From Rhynchobatus australiae (Eukaryota): a stretch of 64,000 nucleotides of DNA. The stretch is taken from assembly GCA_034780895.1 (NCBI GenBank), contig JAUZTB010000027.1:23726886-23790885 (forward strand). The letters run 5' to 3'. The position numbers were made by a program, and so were the translations under genes. Positions 13,301 through 21,308 of the stretch are shown here, one piece after another. Position 1 is the first letter of the stretch; the number at the start of each line of letters is the position of its first letter. Below the pieces are notes generated by a model. The model was not told the DNA's origin and searched no databases. It saw nothing but the letters and a program-made list of their open reading frames with translations.

Positions 13301-16300
13301 CTACTGTGCACTGGTCCTCCATCTCCATTCTTTGTGACTCACTGTGGTAATCTATATGCATCATGGTATGGCTGGAACTCTGAGACCCTCTTCCTGAAAA
13401 TAAACATTTTGCTGAACTAAGTTCTTTTGTGGTTCTTGAAAAAACTGTTTGGTTATTAGAACTGTCTTTTGCAGTTCTTGCTGATTTGCGAATCAGTGTA
13501 TCTGGTCCTATGCGTTCAGCATTAAATGTATGATCATTAATTGAAATAAAAGTAGAATGTTTACTCTTGGTAGTATTTTTGTCTTTCTCAGTATCTGAAT
13601 CTGTTCGTTCTATACTAATTGGGCTGTTGGTATTTTCACTTGAACTACTGGTAATGTTGCTATATTCACTGCTGGTAGAAGATTGGCTGCTTCTCCTTCT
13701 GAACCTACTGCTATGGTATCTCTTTGCTCGATTGTGGCTCTCTGTTTCCATGCTGCGTTCTGGAGTTTTCTTGATTTTTATATATCTCCAGGATTCTTCA
13801 GCCTCAACTCTTCCACACTTGGTTTTGTGTTCTCTTGTGATGCTATATTTCGCTAGTTGACTTAAGCATGGAGTTAAATATTTGCTGCTGAGAGGTTCTG
13901 TTTCTTGATCTGAATCTGAAACATAGTCATATTCTCCCAACTTACTGTTGTGTTGATGTGGCAGCAACTGCTCACTCACTAGGGAAACCTGCAAATTCTT
14001 ATTGCTTTTCACATGTAATTTGTGTAGTTTGTTCTTCTGCTGTACAATCTTATGAATCAATTCTTTGCTCCAAGTTCTGTTGCTTGATTTTTTTTTCTTA
14101 ATATCTCTTAAAGCAGGCCTGTGTAGTTTGGAGTTGCTGTTTACAGTTACAATTTTTAAAGGTGTTGAGTGAATAGTATCCCGGATTTCAGTGTTACGTT
14201 TGTGCTTGTCTCTTTCAGACTTCCTTCTCACATTTTGTGCTGGCTGAGATAAAACCTCACTTATTCTGCGATGAAGTGCAGTGTCAGTATCAAGCTTCCT
14301 TTCCCCTTTTAGCTTCATGAGTTTTGTACTAGGTTTGGTATATTTAAGGGAGTCAAACGAACCCTCATGAGAGAAATTTTTAGCACTGAATTTATCCACC
14401 CGTTTGGAATATGACTTGGATAAGATGGCAGTTGTTGAATCTTTTTTCTCACTTTTCCTGTTATGTTGCTTGCTTCTTTCCTTTCTTTGTATATGTCTAT
14501 CATTTTTTCTATTTTTGTATATAGTCTTTATCTGCACAGCTTGTTTATCTTCTGTTTCTGTAAGTTTGGTAACAACTTTGTTTTCCAGTGGCATGCAGTC
14601 TTTCACCTTAAAGGCTGCCCCATTTCCTGCAATTTTTGTTGAAGAAAGTTCATCATCTGCAAAAGCTTCAATGAAGCTGCTGTCAATTTCAGCATTATCA
14701 GATTGATAATCGAGACCATTCAGAGTCTCATTGATTAAGCTATCGAGTTTTGCGTCATCAATCTCTAAATCAGAAGCTGTTAGCAAAACCGAACCAGATC
14801 CTGTTCCACTGAAAATATTAAGTTTAAAGGGATCATCTTTTGGATCAACTGCACCCTCGCTATCTAATAACAAGTCACAGGATTTGCTTAAGCAAAGCAA
14901 AGACTGATGTGGATCAGCACCACCTCGGGTTGAATGAAGAACGGTTCCTTTTGCTGATTCTGCATGGAGCCTTCTGGTTTCTGCAACTCTGGTTGGATCA
15001 TGCAGCTCCGTGTGAGAACCTGAATGAAGTCCACAGTACTGGCGGTGATCAAGAAATGAAGCAACGTTATTAAAATTTTGATCGCACTGCTTGCATGTAA
15101 GCAGCACATCTAGTTGGTCAAGGTTTGCACTGCTAAGGGAATTAGCAAAAAACTGTTGTTCTGAGAAAGATTGTGATTCTGTATCAAAGCTATTTGTACA
15201 TCCATTCATTTTAGTATTTTGTGAAAATGAGTTGTCCTGGATATATAATAAACTGTCTTTACTTCCCCTGGAATGATCAGCTGAGGAATATGTGAATGTT
15301 CTGGGATCTTGATGATGGTGTAGAAGAGTAGAATTGATCTGTTCAGATGAACTGAAGTTTTTCCCTTCCTTAGTGTGGGAGAGCTGATGATAGAAATTGG
15401 ATGCTGTTGTTACAGTGGGTGTATGACTTTCCTCTGAGTTGGTGTTAAGAGGGCTGTTGGCACTATACACAGTAGATACTGGAGAAAGAGATGAGCATGT
15501 GCTGGTAGATCCAGTGTTTTGAGCTGGTGAAGGTGGTGGAGACTGATATGGAGAGCCTGGCATATTATTAACTTTGGGCATTGTAAGTTTTCCATGACTA
15601 GTGCTTCTTGTAGATGCTGAGACAATAGGGTTCAGGTCACAGAATGTATTTGCATTTCTTGAATCACAGAGTGAAGTACTAGTATTGTCTAGACCACTTT
15701 GAAATGCAAAAGCAGTAGCTGTGTTACAGTTCTGGCCATTCCTATTATTTCTACTATTTTGAAGTTCCTCATTATTGACATGGTGTTTATTCCGAAAAAC
15801 TGCTGGATTACAGACTGGTGCATTTTTCTGTGCTTTCTTATATTCTTGCCACTCTGAGGTTCCAAATGGAAAGGCAAGCTGTTGACTAGTAAGTTGTCTA
15901 GAAAGTTCAATTCTATTTTGGTTTGGCATTGCAGATGTAAGGTGAATTTGTTGCCATGGCAACCTGGAAGCACCATTTCTTGGAACATGCTGTTTTTGGT
16001 CAGCATGTGATAAATTAGTAACAGATTGACATGGATATGAAAATTGGTTTGCAAGTGAAGAAGAGTAAGGTGCAGAACTGTGGTCCTTTGTAGGAAACAT
16101 TCTGTTTCCTTCCCAAACCTGTGGTACCCTGGGTTGACTGTGAATTTTGTTTGAAATGTTTTTATCAAAAGGCACTAAACTATCAGGAACATTGCTGTTG
16201 GAAGAACCATCGTAAACTTTATCCTGAAAGTGCATTTGGGGTAAAGAACTCTGTGTTATGCTCCTTCTCAGGGATTTTCCCTGAGTGTCCATTCTTTCAG

Positions 16301-17762
16301 TGCCTCGGTCATCTTTTAAAGATGAGCACTTTTTGTTCATAGATACATATCCAACACCATTATTGTGCAAATTAAATGCGTCTGATGTACAAACAGTTTG
16401 GTTTTCTTGGAAAGTATTCTGATTTTGCTCGATAGCACCAACTGAAGATATAGCACCATTAGATGAAACAGCACCAGAGGAAGATACAGCACCAGTGGAA
16501 GATATAGCACCATTCATATCACTTGGATGCTCTGCTCTTCCTTTGTAATGAGGTACACGATGTGAAGTACCTTGACTGGATGGACGCAAAAACTGAGTTT
16601 GGTGGGAAGGCTGTGTGTAGCTTCTACCATCTGATGAAGTGCCATATTGTCCATTGCTTAATCTTTCCTCATGTCCATCAGCTGAAAGCTGGAAGACAAA
16701 ACCATTATGTGCTACCTGGGTATTAGGCAGTGGGACATCTAAGTAATCTTGTTGAAAGTGGCATTGACTACTGTGTTCATTGTTAAATGGATCAGCAGCT
16801 ACTTCATGCAATTGTGGGAGTGGATATGGAAATGGAGTTGATCTAAAACCCTGTGCATTAGACTTGCTGCTTTCTGCCGCTACAGGAAAAGTGCTCTGTT
16901 TCCGAGGGGACATTCCATAGTTATTACCTGCAAATGTCTTGTCTGGAGAATGCCAATCCATTGAAAAGGGTGAAATGTTAGAATTATTCGTGTTTCCATG
17001 GAATTCTGGATATTGTAATTGGCCATTGAAGTTGGTGTTATCTCTAGAAATATTAACATTTACCTGTGAATGTGTTTTTGATCCTTGGTTTTGACTTGTA
17101 ACCATGGTAGTATGTGAGGTATAACTTGTGGAAGTATGGCTTGCAGAGTCCTCCTGAAAGCGTCTGCTGTAGCTGAGATCCTCCTGTTGGAGCTCTGCCT
17201 CTCTTTCAGGTATACTGGGTACATTGAAACGATAGCTCCCTGTTACAAGTTCCCTGTTTCCTTCTAGTTTCTTTGCTGATGTAATCTTTTGCTGTGGGTA
17301 GGCAATTCCAATAGTGGGGTTGGATCGGGAGTTAATATTAAGTTTATAAAGATGATGTGGCCCTTTTCCATATCTTTTGTTTTTCTCTTTTCCTTTGCTT
17401 TTCCCAGTAGGTGACTGTGGACTATTTTTACAACTTGAACTGTTAGATGAAGACCATGTTTGTTCACTTGAAAACTTTGGTTTGCTCTGAAGTGACTTAA
17501 AGTCAATTCTTCCAGCCTGCTGTGGCCTAATTACAGCCTCTCGCTGGTTATAGCTATCCTTGTTCTTTCTGTGGGGATGAGAAGTATTCAAGGAATCACT
17601 ATTCAGCACAGTCTTGCAGCTTTCAGACCCACTGGTGTTGGTGCTGTTTAATTTTCCAAGATCTTTTTCACTGAAATGTTCAAAGCCACCCTCCTCTGGC
17701 TGCTGTTTGGGATCAGTGTCCGAATCTTTAATTGCATAAACATGCTGTGTGTCTCCCGTCAT
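4341..17762 (-). CDS. ZNF469: Zinc finger protein 469; single giant coding exon
   Basis: 4473-aa ORF. Blocks recognisable from ZNF469: N-terminal MTGD, [97 protein letters not shown], a C-terminal C2H2 cluster, and the terminus [32 protein letters not shown]. An in-frame TAA lies 30 nt upstream of the ATG, and there is an A at -3. The frame is maintained across the N gap at 5642-5961. Confidence 0.95.
   Translation of the reverse strand: [4473 protein letters not shown]
5642..5961. other. Assembly gap inside the ZNF469 CDS; other gaps at 32865-32964, 37538-38394, 40194-40267, 42436-42672 and 48895-48908
   Basis: Runs of N. Confidence 1.
6255..6505 (-). other. ZNF469: ZNF469 C-terminal tandem C2H2 zinc fingers (3 visible)
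   Basis: CKVC..HKLSH, CYMC..HLKEKH and CGMC..HLREH. A further finger half ([17 protein letters not shown]) follows the N gap. Confidence 0.9.
8665..8735 (-). other. ZNF469: Isolated C2H2 zinc finger in ZNF469
   Basis: [22 protein letters not shown]. Confidence 0.85.
15030..15097 (-). other. ZNF469: N-terminal C2HC-type zinc finger in ZNF469
   Basis: [21 protein letters not shown]. Confidence 0.8.
16433..16514 (-). repeat. In-frame 18-bp tandem repeat (about 4.5 units) within ZNF469
   Basis: Plus-strand units tagcaccaactgaagata / tagcaccattagatgaaa / cagcaccagaggaagata / cagcaccagtggaagata / tagcaccatt, encoding [27 protein letters not shown]. Confidence 0.9.
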
Positions 17763-17823
17763 GATATCAAAACCAAAAACAGGAGTTTGTTATCGTCTTG
17801 GTACTAAATTACTCTAGTTTCCT

Positions 17824-17970
17824 TCAGAGGCATGGCCAGTTATTCCTGATGAACTGTAACAACTTTCTGCAAGCCAAATATGACTGAATCAATTTAAAAT
17901 TCATCATAAAAGGAGATGGATATCTCTTTGGGGCAAACTGCAGATCTTCCATCATTATTGCCACAGACAT
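17824..17970 (-). CDS. Upstream ORF (48 codons plus stop) in the ZNF469 5' leader; possible second exon of a spliced micropeptide
   Basis: Manual translation MSVAIMMEDLQFAPKRYPSPFMMNFKLIQSYLACRKLLQFIRNNWPCL*. It opens at the first exon base, is out of frame with ZNF469 and stops 61 nt before the main ATG. Whether it is translated is unproven. Confidence 0.4.
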   Translation of the reverse strand: MSVAIMMEDLQFAPKRYPSPFMMNFKLIQSYLACRKLLQFIRNNWPCL

Positions 17971-17992
17971 CTGAAAGGAAAAGGAAAAAAAT
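17971..17992 (-). promoter_or_regulatory. Splice acceptor of the giant ZNF469 exon (exon begins at 17970)
   Basis: Minus strand reads ttttttccttttcctttcag|ATGTCTG: a pure polypyrimidine tract plus CAG, 208 nt upstream of the main ATG. Confidence 0.8.
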
Positions 17993-18718
17993 GTATCATT
18001 TCAGTGCATAAAATGTATGATGCAGGGTTAAAGCTAACATGGTTAATGATGTATCATCTATAAAATTGTGCTCAGTCCTAGAATTGTTCTAATGATCGCT
18101 GATAACACTGTCAACATCACCTTATTCAAAATCTTGTTTTCATTAGATTACATTGTCAGAAATTATTATAGCAATGAACTATGCAAATAATAAATAACTG
18201 TGAGGTATTGGCCAAGAGTTATTGGGAAGTTTCAGAGCAATTAGCCCAAACAGTAGAGTTCTACTTATTCTTTTTCAAGTAAGTTTGATTTACATGGAGT
18301 ATAATAATTTTTCTCAAAACATTACTACACATTTTTTCAAATATTCATGCAATGTTTTAAAATTTATGTCCACTGAAACTCTGTTGCCTGGCTCCTTACA
18401 TATTGGTTAGTTTCAGCATAAAGGCCAGAGCTGAGCAATTTCTGGGAATTATCACTGGCACAGATTTATGCTATGCTCAAGGGTTGGTAAAACATAGTCT
18501 GAGATTGTGATTTCTGGCTTTGAAAGCAATTTTTCTTTAAAAGGCCCCACTAAAGCATGCCTTACACAAAAATATTGTCCATCATAGCTAGCCTAAATTT
18601 TATCGGATCCCTACCCCACAACAACCCTATGATTCAGCAGCTAGAACAAGCTTCCATTCCACATAATTCTGGAAGAAGAGAAGTTGCCTAGTAAGAGGCA
18701 AGATCTTGTGCCAGGTGT

Positions 18719-21308
18719 CAGCAGACCAGAATATTTCTCCAATCCAGCCTATTTTTATGGCACTTGTCAAGTAAATGAGTTCCTCATGGAATTTGGATGC
18801 AAGTTCCAGTTGGGAAGCTTGGCACAGATGTTTTTACATAGCAGCAATCCAGAAAATGTGAGCACATCTTATAAAAGCATAATTATCGGGAAGGACTTTT
18901 CTGGTTTCTCATTGCCTGTCACTTTAATTCTTCACCCCACTTTGACTCTCAAGATTCTGTTCCTGGCTTCCTCCACCATTCCAAAGCAGCTCAAGTAAAC
19001 TCTCTGGAACAGTGCCCCATTTTCTGATGAGCCATGTTATAAACACAAAACAATGATTCCAGATAATGATTCTGCTATTTGAATTTATATTCATTTGAGA
19101 CTCATCTTTTGTTTACTTGGTCTGTTAACCAACCTCTTGTCACAGACCATGTCTTTTATTTCTCTCCCCTAACCCCCTACAGTTGCCATGTCAATCTTTC
19201 TCTTTCCCTTCCCTGCTTCAATACTTGCACAAACCATATTTGTAGCCTAGGAATTGGATCTATTAGCAGGAAAGCAATTAACTCTGGTTAGATGGCACTA
19301 GTGACCGTTCCTTGGTTAAACTGGGAGATTGAATCAGATACTTCTGATGGCTGATATTTCCTGGCATCAGTTGCACAGCAAATAACATCATAATTTCTAT
19401 ACTTCATTTTTCTACTCTGCTTGGATAAATTGGAGCTTTCGAGTGCAACCTGTGACCTTTGAACGTACAAATGTGTACTGAACTCAGTAATTAAAGGGTG
19501 TGGCCTATGACGCTGATGTCTTGCACACAGCTTGTGCCAACCTAATTTCCCAATTGTTCAAGATAAGAGAAATTGCATCACTGGTTTTCACAATATTGGA
19601 CTCGATCAAGGCAGACCCTAGCCTTGGGGTGGTGGGTGGTGAGGGGCTAGATACACAGGAAGTCATTTTCTAGGAATATATTATGACTTTTTTTCTAGTT
19701 CTGATTTGTAAATTGAACTGAAATATGAACTATTATTTTTCATGAAGACTAGTGCCTAGAAATTTGACTTCACATATTTTTGGCTGTGCTATAACATTGT
19801 GTTTAACTCTAAAACCAAACTGGATGCCTCTCAAAAAATTTGGAATTGATCAAACAGAGCTTTGAAACAGCGTTGGGGCAGTTTACATCAGGCTGGAGGA
19901 GACAATTCTCCTCCTCTTGAGGAAAGGAGCCAAAACCACCTCAGATGCAGAGATCATACAGAATCTGCTAGGTATGAGCATAAGCATTACTTGATTGTGA
20001 TGAGCCCATCCCGTTTGATTTGACAAACAGCAGACACCTCATTGCATTGCCATGACACAAGTTTATTCTGATTTAAGTTTGCAGGATATTCCGTCTGCTT
20101 CCCCCTCCTTCAAATAAAAGGAAACAGAGCAGGAAGAAATACTATGAAAAGTATGATGAAGATCACATTATGTCATTGTGCTTGAAACCAAGTAGTGCTA
20201 TCTCGGGGACTGGCACCTGGAGGGACGTGCAGAATGACTGAGAAGTCTGTGGGGCAACAAGCAGGCGACAATCTGACATTGGAAATCTGCTGAAGTGATT
20301 CAGTGAAGGGTAGGTGCAAGCATCTGTTCTGAATTATAGGGCACAGATGAGATCCATAATTAGAATGCTTTCATGACAAGGTGGATGCACAGTGATATGG
20401 TTAGTGAGCTGCCAGGCCTGCCTCACCAAATGCAGGAAATGACCTGGTCATCTCACAGTATGTTCTCACAGTAGGTTATATCCAAGAGACTATATCCTCC
20501 AAACCAGAGGTCATGAGAACTTCTTGGCGAGGGCTCATAACTATACTGCCATACAGTGCCTCTTTATTCAGGGGACAGCTGTAATGAAAGGACAGAGAGT
20601 GGCCATACATTGCCTTTATGCAATCTCATTCTGATCCAGGTAGAATTCAAGTCTCTGCCATACAAGAGTGACTTGAGACTGTAAAGGAAGACTGACATGC
20701 CACTAAGGAGCAATTTGATTTCCTCACTGGAAAAAGAGGTGTCACGCATAAGCAGCTTGTTGTTTTCACTGAGCATTGAAATGTGATTTGTGAGCAGATA
20801 CTTCTTCCCAATGGACACATGAGCAGCTGGCGGCTCTGCAGTAGCAGAGGATAGTTCACGTGGGCAGTTCGGCATTCTCCCAGAACTGAAAGATATGATT
20901 GCAAATCTGCAAAGTGCTCTCCTACATGAATAGAGAGAGACATACGTAAGCAGATCAGTCTCCTGCAGCTGCAGTTTTATGGTGTTGGGAATGCTCCTCT
21001 CTCCTTCAGGAGCAACCTCCTCCACCCGCTCCCACCAACTCACACAATTCTTCATCCTGAGAAGAATCCTCAGACTGTGCAGAGCGCTGACTCAGAAAAA
21101 GACAACAGGGACCAGACATCTGTGATTCAGTGGCTGCCAGCCAAATCTATAGGGTGAAACAGTGCTCAAGACACTAGCACTATTGCAATGTGACCTTATT
21201 TAGGCCAAATTACAACTATTGTTGTAGAGATAGAGAAGTGACATTGATAGGTAGCATCAGTTGTGCCAGCAGACCAGAATATTTCTCCAATCCAGCCTAT
21301 TTTTATGG
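18719..21308. repeat. Exact 42-bp direct repeat pair (18719-18760 and 21267-21308) bracketing about 2.5 kb
   Basis: cagcagaccagaatatttctccaatccagcctatttttatgg occurs twice. The similarity extends imperfectly on both sides (ttgtgc upstream; cactt/tactt downstream). Confidence 0.9.

Noticed and set aside
6871-16726. Numerous plus-strand and alternate-frame ORFs overlapping ZNF469
   Set aside because: They are shadow ORFs of the long CDS, short and without recognisable domains.
20564-21055. 163-aa minus-strand ORF inside the 42-bp-bracketed segment
   Set aside because: No recognisable domain or splice context, and the length is attainable by chance.
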